From the NCBI RefSeq assembly GCF_030028105.1, contig NC_092379.1, positions 28,575,821-28,639,820 of the forward strand: a DNA stretch of 64,000 nucleotides. Reading direction: 5' to 3'. The stretch is from Mobula birostris. Taxonomy: Eukaryota. This document shows positions 1 to 12,515 of the stretch, in pieces; position 1 is the stretch's first letter; every line of letters begins with the position of its first letter. Made by a program: the position numbers and the translations under genes. The notes below the pieces were generated by a model. The model searched no databases, had not been told where the DNA came from, and saw nothing but the letters and a program-made list of their open reading frames with translations.

Positions 1-149
1 GTAGTTACGCCAGAGTTACTGTTGTGTTCTCTCTTTCTCAAACTTTAATTGAATAGAAACCTACATCACTGTATTTATTTTCACTCAATACAAGATAAAA
101 TGTTGGAAGGTCCCTGGCTTGCACTAATCTTACTAGAAATCAGTTTGAC

Positions 150-508
150 GCCACTTTCCGACACTCGCTGGGCAAAACGCCAGTGCAAACTATAACGAAC
201 AAAGGAGTTGCGCATGGCGTCGTGCTTCTGACTCTGTCGAAAAGCAGTCTAGTTCCAAGTAGCTACTTTTAATTGACAGATATGGAAATCGTTAGTATAA
301 GTAAACTTCAGTGTTATGGTCAGCTCTTCTTCGAGCGTTAATTCAGGAAGGTCCTGTTTCACTAAATCTTCCCTCTCGCTTCTGCAAGAAAGAACACATG
401 TATGAGCATCCCTGGTTTGTAATACAACCATGGGGCACTGATTGTCCATCACAGATTCTCACCATGCAGAACAGATAATGTAATTAGTAAGGAACGGAGG
501 GGACGCAT
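150..508 (-). pseudogene. TCR V pseudogene, divergent family, 3' end decayed
   Basis: Leader 508-463 reads MRPLRSLLITLSVLH-G (46 nt) with a GTGAG donor. Acceptor cttgcAG at 383-382. The exon from 381 reads ..EDLVKQDLPELTLEEELTITLKFTYT (V FR1-like, Cys23 replaced by F), then stops. No RSS found; the lower boundary is approximate. Confidence 0.65.
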
Positions 509-2845
509 AGCACAGGTGATAGATCATAAACGAATTTGTAGGGTGAGAATAGATCAGCGACATCGATCTCCGTGGGTAAGACTTGGGGCGTTTTCCTGCT
601 AAAGTGCTAGATGAAAAAGCGGAATCGGGCTTATTTAGGCAGAAATCGGCATCCGTTTTAGTTCTTTTCCTCGCTATTAATTTTCCATTCGATCAATCAT
701 CGAAGTCATCAGGGAATCTGATAAATATCGCTGCCCTAGAGTCTCTCTACACCCGACATGCCTACCTTTCCACAAGTGTTTATTTTTGTCGTTGCCTCTC
801 TACCGATTGTGATCTTCCTCTCATGCTCCCTGCTCCGTTGGAGTCGCCGAAACATTGAGTTATTGAGGCTCCAAGACAAATGAGTGACATGGCCGAGTGT
901 TCAAGATGGACTAAATTTCCATTGCCTCTACTTGCGGGGGTCCAATCCCACCCTGGTCTATTGAAGTAATTTCTGCTTCTGTTTATCGGTGACTTTTTTT
1001 TTAATGGAAAGATTGCCGTTTAAATCTGAAATGACGCCTAACGGCGACTCCTTTGCTTGCAACTTCGGAAACAGCTCTATTTCCATCTTGAATATCTCTT
1101 TTTTTTCCCCCTTTCAGGGTTCTTTTGAAGAGCCTAAACCGGAGTTACATGCTGACTTCAGTTCTTTGCAGAAATGGGGCTCGCTCCCGGGGTTCCACGA
1201 CTGGTCGTTAATGATATCAAGGATGCGGACTAAGAGATTAGGGGCTCTGGAGACGGGCGGTGCGAAGGTCGGTGTCTCTGCAGAAATCCGGTATGTCCAG
1301 TGCACGGAAGAACGAAAGCAGCGAGCTGGCTGCTGGCTGTGTGCCCCTAGACCCTCTTTATTTGGGCACAGCCCGGAAAATGGACTTTTGCCATCGCAAA
1401 TCGCCGATGTTTGCTATGTCTCCCCTCTGAATGTGAAACCGAGACACCTCTTTCTCCGTTATAAGGGAGAGAGAGACCTGTAGTATGTCGAATATCGGGT
1501 GAGCAAATAGTCTATCGTGTAGTGGAAGTCTGTGTCTCTGCTGATGCTTTGTTGCTCGCTTAAGTGCACGGTGGTGGGTCCGATGCTTTTTTTTTGCTGG
1601 TGGGGGAGTGAGGATTGTTGATTTGCTGCTGTTTACGCGTTGGACGGAGGAACTGGGGCTCGACTTTAGGGTTCTAACATTTAAGTGTCGCTAATTCTTT
1701 GGAGGAACTCCTCTGTTTTTCCCTGGAAGATTGCGAAGAAAATATATTTTAGGATGTATGTGGTGTATATTTCTCTCAAATTAATTGTGCCTTTGAAGCC
1801 TTTGAAATCTAATCAGTGTTGACAAAAAGAGAAATAGGGTCACATGACTTGAAATATTCGGCTAGTCTAAAATGGTCTGAGGGGAGAGGACGTTCAGGCT
1901 TTACATCAGCACGATTTACTGAAAATGTCAAAGGACATCAGCGCAAAAAAAAAATAAATCTCATATATTTTATATTTATCAGGATGGCCATTGCTGATCC
2001 AGGGTGAGAGGGTGAACGTGATTACGGCCCTCCTTAGCTCAATTTATCGTAAAATGCAACTCGTTGAAGTCAACGTGGAAGAGCACAGCCTTTCCAAATC
2101 AGTTTGAAGTATTCTATATGCGTTTTGAACAGAAGAGAGCAGCTGCACAGAGATCTTCCAATGCACCTGAAGCCACAGTCAGCGCCGTGGATGTAAGTTC
2201 CATCATCAGGAGAGTGAATCCGTGGAAAGTACCAGGACTGGGTGGTGTCTAAGGCACTGTGGTTAGTAGTTGTTGAACAACTCAGTTCGCGGGGCTACAT
2301 GCTGAACATTATCACCTCGTCCCACTTCAATACGAGGCTTCTAGCTGACTTAGAAGATCACTATTAAGTTTGTACCTCAGAAAAAAATAAAGTAACATGC
2401 CTTATTGACCACCGGCCAGTGAATCTGAATCTCTGAATCCATCATCATTACGTGATCATGGCACAGATTAACTCCAGCTATCCAGCCAAACTCGACCCAC
2501 TGCTGTTCACTACTGCCAAAGCAATTCAACAGTGGACGCCTACTTCCTAGTCTTACATGCATCTACAGGTGTACTTTAAGCGAACCCACATTCTCTCGCC
2601 AGCTGTTATCGGCTGCGCTATGTAAAGTCCCAGTTGAGGTGCGCGTTGTAATCAGGAACAGTTCCTTTATCTGCGGCGCCCTGTGCTGCTGATTGCAGCG
2701 CTCTGAAGTAAGGCAGGAAGCCGTGGCTGATTTTCGGGTGCGCCCCTCCCACTTTCTGGGCGAAACGACGCCCTCCACTGAGAAAATTTTGCATTATTCA
2801 GGGCCAGTTTTTCATCCGGACCCGCCATCTGCATTCAACTATATG

Positions 2846-3279
2846 ATACTCATTGCACAAAGATACATGCTGAAGTCTGAAACATGAGCTTAAACGATCT
2901 ACAATTGAGCTGTCTTGCTGACTTCATGCAGACTAGCGGTGAATCTGACTCAGCAATCTGGATGCCGCTCCATTCTTCCTGTGCTATACACCGTCAGCAA
3001 ATAACTTGGAGGTTTTCCACAAAGCTGAATCCACCCAATGATATCTACATCATCGTTGGTATAATTACAGTTCAGTGTTATGGTCTGTCCTTTTTCAGCC
3101 GTTACGTCGGGAGGATCCTGCGTCTTTGAGTCATTGAACTACTCGTCCCTGCAATAAAGGGCAGAATACATCAACATCGCTGTCATGTATTGAACGCCGG
3201 AGAAATTCGCCGGCCACCTTCGCAAAGACCCACCAGGCAGCACAGCCAATGCAAACACGAATGAACAGAGGGAAATTAT
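2846..3279 (-). pseudogene. TCR Valpha/delta pseudogene, family A
   Basis: Leader 3279-3234 with ATG changed to ATA, 85-nt intron, exon 3148-2846. A 1-nt insertion near the exon start, in-frame stops (HPDC*VRF, QL*IV*) and an ending of YLCAMS. The RSS is decayed (heptamer CATATAG at 2845-2839). Confidence 0.9.
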
Positions 3280-4086
3280 GGTGTCTAATTTCTTGTCGGA
3301 TTGACCGGCAGACTCCTTCCAGGTCGCAAATATCACTTAGCAGTTACTGTTGTGTGGCATCGTTGAAGCGGTTTTACTATGTGTGACAGCGGGAACGTTT
3401 CCCTGGTTAAAGAATTCGCGAAAACTAAGAACCGTGCCTTTCTGAGCGTCAGTCAGAATCCGCTTTGTTTCCATTCGTCATTCTGGATTTTTTTTTTCCG
3501 CTCAGTCAAGGCCCCGCGTCCACCCCCCGCCCTATCCCGTCTCTCTGTCTCTCTTTCTCTCTGTCTCACACTCTCTCTTTCTCAGTGTGCCCAAATGCCT
3601 CTGCCCCCTGTTCTCTGCATAATCACAGCATATTCACATACTTATCGATGTGTAATCCAAATCAAATATGAAGTTCACCTGGTCATTTCGTCGTCTCCGT
3701 CAATATTACGCTGGAAGTATTTATTTATTCATTCGTTTATTTAGTCAGTAATTTGGAGATATATCCCACAATTGTCACTTAGATCAACATTTATCAGTCT
3801 TCCGGCATTGAACTAGTTATTCAATGCCAGCAAGTGTTCATCTGGTTGTTCCCTAATCTTTGTTGGCTGTTAGGGAGCCAATCTCCTATCCACGCCAATA
3901 GACTCCTGACATCACCCTTTATGCAGCCACCACTCCTTTCGTTAAAAAAAAAAATAAAATAAACTCACATCTGTCAGTCCCCTTGTAATTTTTCCCATCG
4001 CCTTAAAATATCTGCCTCTCGCATAACCTATTTCCACCATTAGGTTGCCCATTCTATCTTGCCTCTTGTCATATTATAGATACATA

Positions 4087-4270
4087 GGGGTGTATGGGGT
4101 GTCAGGGAGAGGTAGCACCTCTGGTGGGGGAAAATGTCGCCGCCTTTTCAGGGCGGTTAGTCCACCTTTGGTCCCCACCTGGCACTCAGCTCTCACCTGT
4201 GGCTCCCAGTAGCTGTTTGCATGCGGCCACACCCCGAGCAACGGCTTCGACAAGCCGGCTAATCCAGGTG
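4087..4270 (+). ncRNA. Candidate HDV-like self-cleaving ribozyme
   Basis: P1 GGGGTGT (4087-4093 or 4096-4102) pairs ACACCCC (4229-4235). P2 CACCTG (4194-4199) pairs CAGGTG (4265-4270). P3 GGC (4201-4203) pairs GCC (4226-4228). L3 starts TCC. GAGCAA follows P1. P4 CGGCT pairs AGCCG. J4/2 is GCTAA with C at 4259. Confidence 0.6.
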
Positions 4271-4647
4271 AAGGTAGCCGACGGGTCTCAAACCCTCGGT
4301 GAGATAGGGAGTTGTCTATCCCAGCATGTGAAGACAGACTCTGGCGGATTGAGCGGACGAGACCAATGAAAGGTCCAACGGTCAAGAAGGCGGTCTCTGC
4401 AAGCGTCGTGGAACGTGTACAGCAGGACAAGACACAGAAGGCATCCTGGTCATCCACTGCGCCTAGTCCCATCTCCAGCCGTCTAGACTCTGTCTTGCCA
4501 CTGGATCGAGATGGGAATTGGGAAGAAAGAGTGAGGCTGACGCTGCGCCACTCTCCCTCACTTAAATCCAGATCACGCGCGAGTCTTGACACCATCATAA
4601 TGGTGTCGAGGTCCTCATCGACGTCAACGATGGACGAACAACCAACC
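4087..4647 (+). mobile_element. Non-autonomous RTE-like retroelement (5'UTR plus 3' tail) with target-site duplication
   Basis: ACATA(G) direct repeats at 4082-4087 and 4648-4653, and a (CAAC)n-like tail at the 3' end. It interrupts an older CR1 remnant that is uninterrupted in the paralogous modules near 10080 and 43790. The RTE assignment comes from recalled 5'UTR similarity, not a search. Confidence 0.7.
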
Positions 4648-5889
4648 ACATAGTAATTACCTAACCCCTCATCTTCCGTCTTTTCAAAAAAAAAAGGCAC
4701 TTGTTCTCAGAAACTGAGATGTCCCGGGAAATATCCATGCGCTTGCGGTGTGCAACTGAACTTCAGCATTCGTCCTCCTTTAGTCGTCAATGCAGAGAGC
4801 TTAATCCTTCCCAAACAATTCTACAAAAGAAGGACAAAATGACTGAACATCCATTGCTCCTGCTGCACCTGCAAGACACCCACTGTATATTCGCCCAATG
4901 ATTCACCGGGCAACACAGTCCATATAATCAGAAAGAATCAAGGAAGCACATGGTGTCCCCTTTCACGCGCGATCTAAATCCAGATTACATACAAGAAGCT
5001 AATACCACAAATTTGAAAGAATGCTATCAGTTACGCTGCACCCTTCATTTTGTGTAAAACCTGCGAACATTGCTCTGCTAAATGGGAATTGAACCGGGGA
5101 AGGCACAGCCTGTTTAGCCACCGATCTGACTGGAACTACTACACTCTGTTTAGTTCTATATTTCTGTTCTACTTGTCGATTTCAACCCTCATCTCTTCGT
5201 TCCTTCTTTCTCCTATATTTCCGTCCTTGTGTCACTCAATCGTCCTCTGACTACCTGTATATTCCAATCTCCACTGATTCTAAATCATCAATGTAGATTT
5301 TAACTAGTTGTGGGGACATAGTTTAATCCAATTCCAGTCCACTCGGGATTCATTTTAAATCCGAAAGATAAACATCCATTTAACTCCTCTTTGAGGAAGC
5401 TAATGTTAAATGACGCCACCTGAAAATTATCTTCATCTAAGCATTTAGTGTTATAGCTAATAGGATGCTGTCTGGTCATATACACCCTCAGTATCTCCAG
5501 GTTGCACTCAGTGTCACTGCTAATCCGTCAAAGTAGTGAAAAATGATGTCTAACAAAAAATAAAATAGCCACAAGGTATTGTTATAGGCAAGAAAGAGCG
5601 ACATGGTCACCGAATTGTAGTGGAAGTGTTCCGGATAAATGCCACTATATCCCTAGGTAAAGCTAAATTTAAGAAGTGTTTCACAAACTTGAGTGTTTAT
5701 CATTGCTGAACTGTTGCATTTATTATCCTTTCAATTATTGTGTTGCTTGTTTCTTTAATAAAACTTTCTTAGATCTAGTAATCCAGACTCCAACTGAGTG
5801 ATCCATTTCTGCTGGTTTGGCAACCCAGTTACGGGGTACGTAACAGGGTCAATATCACAAATGACCCGACTTGGTCCAACTAAGCAGAG

Positions 5890-5995
5890 TCCACCGCCAA
5901 AAGGCCTTTACTTCCTGAGAAAGCTAAGGAAATTAGGCCTGTCCCCTGAAACCCTCACTATTTTTTATAGATGCACCGTAGAAAGCATTCCCATG
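5890..5995 (+). mobile_element. LINE RT C-terminal fragment (L2/Rex-Babar type) replacing the 3' end of a V pseudogene
   Basis: Translates as GLYFLRKLRKLGLSPETLTIFYRCTVESI, a typical RT-tail motif of fish non-LTR elements. Confidence 0.75.
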
Positions 5996-6004
5996 ACAAG
6001 TTTT

Positions 6005-6400
6005 ACACAGATGCGAGAATTCAACAGAACAACTCGAAGGCTATGCAATTGAGCCGTCGGCTGCCTATATGCAAACTAGTGATAAATCTCACTGGGCAAT
6101 CTGGATTCCGCTCCATTACTGCTGTGCTACAATTTATTTCAGCAAATTATTTGGAGTTTCTCCACAAAGTTGAATGTACCAAAATGTATCTGCATCAGCG
6201 TAACTGTAATCAAATGTGAGTGTTATTGTCTATCCTCTCTCAGCCGATCAGTCGGGAGGATCTGGCGTCACTGAATCTTTACCACTCGTTCCTAAAATAA
6301 AGGACACAATGCATCAACATAGCTGACTTGTATTGAACGCCGGAGCAATTCGCTGTCCACCTTCGCAGACACTCACCAGGCAACGCAATCAATGCAATCC
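6005..6400 (-). pseudogene. TCR V pseudogene, family A, truncated at both ends
   Basis: Exon from 6291 (GTSGKDSVTPDPPD*..., FWYIQ, NPDCPVRF) with stops and frameshifts. Donor at 6376-6375. The leader is cut at ~6400 by a LINE 3' tail with an (AATCT)n end, and the YxC and RSS are replaced by a LINE fragment. Confidence 0.88.
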
Positions 6401-6531
6401 GTCTAAAACCGAGATTAGATTAGATTAGGTTAGATTCAACTTTATTGTCATTGTGCCGAGTACAGATACAAAGCACACCACCCCCACCCATCTCTCTCAA
6501 TCTCCCTCTCTCCCTCTCCCCACTCTCTTTA

Positions 6532-6585
<54 letters not shown>

Positions 6586-8756
6586 AATGGGAGAGATTAC
6601 TGCCGATTCCCTGTTAGGGATATCGGTATGAAAAGAATACTTAATATTGACTGTAACATCGAAATAGTGACTGCTGACTCTTCTCTCGCTTTTGAACGAG
6701 TCATATCAGTCTCTCATTTATTAGTGAGAGAGAGAGAATGCTTGTGAAACGATGAAATGTTGCAGTAAACAGCTAGCTTTTGTTGTACTGTAGACCAAAC
6801 CCCTCTTTGTGTTTGTGGTTGTTTCGATGGTGGTTGGTGGTGGGCATTCTGATGCGTTATGCTAGAATAAGTGAGAGATGTAGATGCTGGTCAGGTTAAT
6901 GCTGCTTATCGCTGATTGTTCGAGGGATGTGGCAGGGGACTTTTAGGATTTTATCTTTTTTCAGATATTGATCCTTTGTGTTTTTATTCTGTTTTACGGA
7001 TGTCTGTGGAGAGTGTAAATTTCAGGTTGTGTATTTTGTACCTCTTTGATTTTAAGCAGAGCAATTGAAGCAAGCTGGGTATTCGTTTCGCTGTACCCTG
7101 GTACAACTGACGACAGCAAATATATAATATGCATAAACCAGTTTGATGTAACTGTGAGCGTCTGCAAAGTGAAAGAATATATCAGGCTGTCCTTGATTAG
7201 TTCATAGAAAATGGGTTGAGCCGGAAAGTGGCGGCGATGGTGGTGGTGGACTGCAGAGAACCTATCATGACACCCTGGCATTATCTGGTATCATGTCCCA
7301 GGGATTCGGTTCGACTTAGGTTTTCAGTTTCCACAATTCCCGAGTTGCTATATTTTCCACTACCCAAAAAAAGAAGACGCTCTTGGTAGCATGTGCTCGT
7401 GATCGGAGGGTCAGTGAATGTACATGTTAAGAGAAATTTGGGAAATTGGACAGATAAATCAGTTGACAATAAGACCATAAGATATTGGAACCGAAGTAGG
7501 CCATTTAGCTTGTCGAGTCAGCTACGCTATTTCGGAACTGAAGGTGTCGTGATGGAATTATTCGATACACTATACATATAATTAAAAAGAGGTTTTCAAA
7601 AAGTCGAGATGTACCTTTGGAAATAGATGATATCAGTTTGTGTTCTTTCGACAGTAACCGGACGTTCTCACTGTTTGTCTCTTCCATCGGTGGGAAAACA
7701 CAGAGTTCACAAAACAAGCTCCAATGAAACAACAATAGACTATTACCACATTCAAGGGTATTAAACTGTAGGATGAAATTGAATCGTAATCTTGGTATGA
7801 CCTTGCTCTTTATGTCCTGCCTGCGCTGCATTTTTATACGTCTGCTACAGTTTATTTCTGTATTCTTTTATTGATTTACTTTGTACTACCTCGATAATAT
7901 GTGTAGTGAATTCATCTGTATAAAAAGAATCAATGCAATGATGCGACAATAATTAACAAATTCCGTTTTCAATTTAGATATGTAGCAAAATACTACACGT
8001 GGTGATAACATCGGATCCGTTAAATCCGATTGGGAAACTAGATTATACTAGCAATCAATCTGTTGTGATCCCATTCCCTCTCTCTTTCTTCGCTCGCTTT
8101 TATACTGAAAATGCCTTCAAAAATATGAATCTCGGGGTAGTATGCGGTCACGTATATGTACTTTAATCATAAATTTAATTCAAACATTGAACCTTTTTCT
8201 CACAGCTTGAGAATGCAACGACCAAAATAGTATCTGCTTTCTCCAACACGATAAGCATTCGCAATTCTGCCGAATTATCTAAGTACTCCGCATAAATACA
8301 ATATCAATACAATGTAGCTGCTGCAACATCCTTAATTTCAGTAGCATGTCACTTGCAAGTATTTGTCAATTTGAAAGCGACCAATGTTCACACCCTCTGT
8401 TTTCCTTTATTCAGCCATTGTTCCATTTAACTATTTTTCAGTTCCAAACCATCATCGTTCTTTCACACTGCAGATACTTGAACAAAGACGATGTCAGACA
8501 AGGCTGTCCATCGTGTTATGTCGTTGCAGCAAAAGATGGTGGATGATTGCAAATTCTGGTATCCCAGAAAGTTATACAGCTCAGTTTGTGTCCGCTTTGT
8601 AATCAGGAACTGCACCTTTACCTTCGGCACCTTCTGCTGCTGATAGCAGCGCTCTTCCGTAGGGCACGTGACTGTGACTGATTTCTGGGTGCGCCCTCTG
8701 CAGATTCCTCAGAAAAAGGCGCCCTCCAGTGAGAGCTTTTTGCAATATACAGAAGC

Positions 8757-8795
8757 AGTTTTTGCACGGACCCGCCGTCCCCATATAACAGTGTG
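8757..8795 (-). other. 23-RSS
   Basis: Heptamer CACACTG (8795-8789), 23-bp spacer, nonamer GCAAAAACT (8765-8757). Confidence 0.93.
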
Positions 8796-9218
8796 GTGCT
8801 CATTGCACAGAGATACATGGCAGAGTCCGACACAAGAGCTTCACGGATATTCAATTGAGACGTCTTGCTGCCTTTCTGTAAAGTAGCAGTAATCCTCTCT
8901 GAATACCGCTGCGTTCTTGCTGTGCTATATAGCTTCAGCAAATAATTTGGAGGTCTTGCAGTATGTTGAATGTACCAAAAGATATATGCATCACTATAGG
9001 TGTAACTACAGTTCAGCGTTATGTTCTGTCCTTCCTCAGTCGTTACATCGGGAGGATCCTGCGTCACTGAATCTTTCCCACTCGTTCCTGCAAGAAAGGA
9101 CAGAATATATCAACAACGCTGGCTTGTATAGAATGCCGGGCAAACTCGCTAGCCAGCTTCGCTGAGACTCACCAGGCAGCACAGCCAATGCAATCAGCAA
9201 TGAACAGAGGGAAATCAT
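8796..9218 (-). CDS. TRAV: TCR alpha/delta V gene segment, apparently functional (family A variant)
   Basis: Leader 9218-9173 MISLCSLLIALAVLP, GT-AG intron 9172-9088, open V exon 9087-8796: GTSGKDSVTQDPPDVTTEEGQNITLNCSYTYSDAYIFWYIQHTARPPNYLLKLYSTARTQRYSERITATLQKGSKTSQLNIREALVSDSAMYLCAMS. Cys23, Trp41 and Cys104 are present, followed by a 23-RSS. Alpha versus delta use cannot be told from the sequence. Confidence 0.92.
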
Positions 9219-9467
9219 GATGTCTAACTTCTGGCTGAATCGATCGGCAGATTCCTTCCAGGGCTTTATTAGCACAACAGATATTGTGGTAGTAGATTGG
9301 TTCAGCGATACATTTCATCTTGTGTAAAACCGGAGGTGTTTCTCTGGTTAAATGATTGGCTGACAGAAATAACAGAGCCTTCTTGAGCACCAATCAGAGC
9401 TGCTTTGTATCCATTCGTCAGTCTGCCTGTTTCTCCGCTCTTACAATGTCCGATATTCATCCCTCTC

Positions 9468-9632
9468 NNNNNNNNNNNNNNNNNNNNNNNNNNNNNNNNN
9501 NNNNNNNNNNNNNNNNNNNNNNNNNNNNNNNNNNNNNNNNNNNNNNNNNNNNNNNNNNNNNNNNNNNNNNNNNNNNNNNNNNNNNNNNNNNNNNNNNNNN
9601 NNNNNNNNNNNNNNNNNNNNNNNNNNNNNNNN
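9468..9632. other. Assembly gap (165 N)
   Basis: Run of N starting right after a CT-repeat start (ccctctc). Confidence 1.
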
Positions 9633-10507
9633 CACATACGTATCAATATGTAATCGAACATAATTAAGAGTTTTCGGGAGTTTGCTTCTTCAAAATTGAC
9701 AATATCCCGCTGGAAGTAGTTGATTCCTTTATTGTATTTGTTTTGTTGGTTAATTATTTGAAGATATATCCTACAGTAGGCCCTTAAGTCAATATGTTTC
9801 AATCTTCCTGCATTGAACGACTTATTCAAAGGTCATCAATAGTTGATCTAGATATTTCCTAATCTTTGTTTGCTGCGAGGGTGCCAATTTCTTATCTACG
9901 CCGATAGACTCCTGACAGCACTTTCTGTGTAGCCACCACTTTCTTCGTAAAAAAGAAACTCACATCTGGTATCTCCCTTGTAATGTCTTCCATTCGCCTC
10001 AAGATATCACCCTCTCGTATGAGCCATTTCCATCCTTCGGTCAAAGCGCTAGTTGTCCACTTTATTTATGCCCCTTATCATATCATACACAGCTATAAGT
10101 GACCCCTTACCTTCCGTCGTTCCAAAAAGAAACGTCCTTGCTCACAGAAACTGAAATGTCCCGTGGAATATAAATGCACTTGCGGATGTGTAACTGAATT
10201 TCAACATTACGATTCGTCCCCTTTTAATCGGCGATGAAGAGAGATAAATCTTTCCCAGACGATTCTGAAAAGAAGGACAAAATGACTGAGCATTCAATGC
10301 CCCCATTGCATATGCGAGACACCAGCTGACTATTTGTGCAAAGGTACGCCGGGCAGCATAACCCATATAATCGGTATGGATCTGGAAGCACATGCAGACT
10401 TCTTTCAGGCGAGATCTGAACCAGATTACATTCAAGAAGCTAATACCACAGACTGGCGAAAATTATGTCAGCTACGCTACATCCTTCACCTCGTGAAAAA
10501 CCTCCGT

Positions 10508-11617
10508 TGTTGCAAGGGGGCGTTTAAGGAGCCGACCCAAATGCAAGACACAGACCGAAATACTAGGAACTGGACTAAGATTATCAAGAATGCAAGGGAA
10601 GTCGGGAAGCAAGGATTGATTAGAGGGTAATCCAGGAAAGATCAAAGCGCAAACGGGAAAAAGCGTAGCTCGACTCGGACCCAGGCCCTGGACTAGACTA
10701 GGACTCAGGGCCTGGGATTGGACTTGAACTTGGAGCACAGGACCCGGATGTGGAAATTGGAACAAGGACCCTGGAGTAGGAACTCAGAACTCCGGAACCA
10801 GAGTCTGGACAGGGACTCGGTACCTGGGTCTTGACTAAGACCAGGAACTCGGGCCTGGACTAGGACTCGGTCTAGGATCTTGGCTAGCACTCGGGAGGAG
10901 GACTTGGATCGGACTTCAATTCGACTGGGACTTGGATCGGAATTGACACTCGACTGGGACCTGAAACACGAGGCCTTGACATAGACTAGACTGGAACATG
11001 AAGCATTGATTTCGCCTGGACGAGAAAACGAATCCTTGACCTGGACTGGACTGGAACACGAAGTCTTGACTTGGACTGGACTGTAAAACGAAACACAGAG
11101 CCGGGACCCCTCCTTGGATACAGGATATGGGGCCGGGACTCCTCTTAGAAACGGAACACTGAACACGAAGAGACAGATCTCGACTCAAGGTAGCGGCAAA
11201 GAGCTGGACCTCCTTAGCGAATGTGAAGACACGAAGAGACAAGACCACACAACAATAGACTGTTCCTTATATTGACGAGACAAAGCTTCAGTCTCACTCC
11301 GGAGGGTTAACTTGAAGGGGATTCTGACAAAGTCACAGACGCGGTTGCAGACGAGGTCATTGACGAAGTCACTGACGATGGTAGCTGACAAAGTTTCAGA
11401 CGAGCTTACAGAAGAGGTAACTCATGGGGTTCTGAAGGGAACGGTCCAGCCACTACCACTGGAACACAGAGCTATTTATGTTGGCAGCCCGAGACGAGAA
11501 TAAGATGCCTCAGTTAAGGCCCCCGGTGGAACCAGGGGAAAACGAAATAACCAGAGCACCAAAGACACGGACTGGACCGTGGACCGGAATGCGCACTTCA
11601 CGGACGGGACCGTGACA
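10508..11617. mobile_element. Solo LTR with 5-bp target-site duplication
   Basis: TG...CA termini (TGTTG...TGACA) with TCCGT duplicated at 10503-10507 and 11618-11622. The flanks rejoin to match the uninterrupted paralog near 33980 (aaaacctgcgtaatttactctgct). Internal degenerate GGACT-rich tandem repeats at ~10660-11090. Confidence 0.85.
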
Positions 11618-11923
11618 TCCGTAATTTGCTCTGCTAAATGGGAGCTGAACCGGGAAAGGCAGAACTGAGCCTATTTAGCCAGCGATCTGAATGGAAATAT
11701 GACTCTGTCGGTTTCGCAATAATTTACTCTAATTCAAATGTATTTGTCGATCTCAACTTCCGTCCTTCGTTGTACTTTAAATGACAGTTCATTTCTAGCA
11801 ATGGATCGCCGTCCTTGGTCCGTCCTTCGTGACTCTCTTAAAATTCCGTCCCCGCGGCACGCTGTGTCTGTCTCTGTAGTCCAATCTAGTCCTTTATTTG
11901 TCTCCCTATACCCACGCTGTCCA

Positions 11924-11964
<41 letters not shown>

Positions 11965-12515
11965 TCGCTCCCTAGCGCTGTGGGCATATCCGTTAATAAG
12001 CTGCCAGTTCAACCGGTATTCCGGTATTCATTGTCAATGTGAAAAAAAAAAATCAATTGTTCTCTACTTTTAAGAAGCTGATGTTAATAGAGTCCATCTG
12101 AAATTTATCTTCATCAGAAGGATTTACATGACAGCTTAGCCGATGCTGTCTAGTCAAATGCACCCTCAGTATCTACAGGTTGCACTCATCTTTACTGTAA
12201 ATCGCGCAATCTCGTCAAAAATTATGTCCAGCCAAATGTTAACCACACAATATTGTTATAGGCAACAGAAACACAATATTGTTATGGACACTGAGATATA
12301 GTAAAAAATGTTTCGGAAAAATGCAACAGTAACCGGAGGTAGAGCTGAATTCAAGAAGTGTTCCTCAATGTTTGGCGCATTTTGCTGCTGAATGCAGCAT
12401 TTTAAGTCGACCACGTGATCCTTATGCTTTGTACGTGCGGCAGTTCCAGTCGCCCAACTAAGGCGCCCTCTAGTGATCACACGTCCGGACCCGCTGTGTC
12501 CCAGCAATTCTGTAG

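Noticed and set aside
4074-4700. 208-aa minus-strand ORF
   Set aside because: It is antisense across the GC-rich RTE-derived insert and has no recognisable domain.
8618-8795. C-terminal extensions of the V ORFs (also 32171-32348 and 42525-42576)
   Set aside because: These are read-through into the RSS and flank (TTLLYGDGG is the heptamer plus spacer), not coding sequence.
10660-11090. Repeat array resembling a CRISPR or a repetitive protein ORF (10705-11166)
   Set aside because: The units are degenerate and variable with no unique spacers, they lie inside a solo LTR, and the context is vertebrate.
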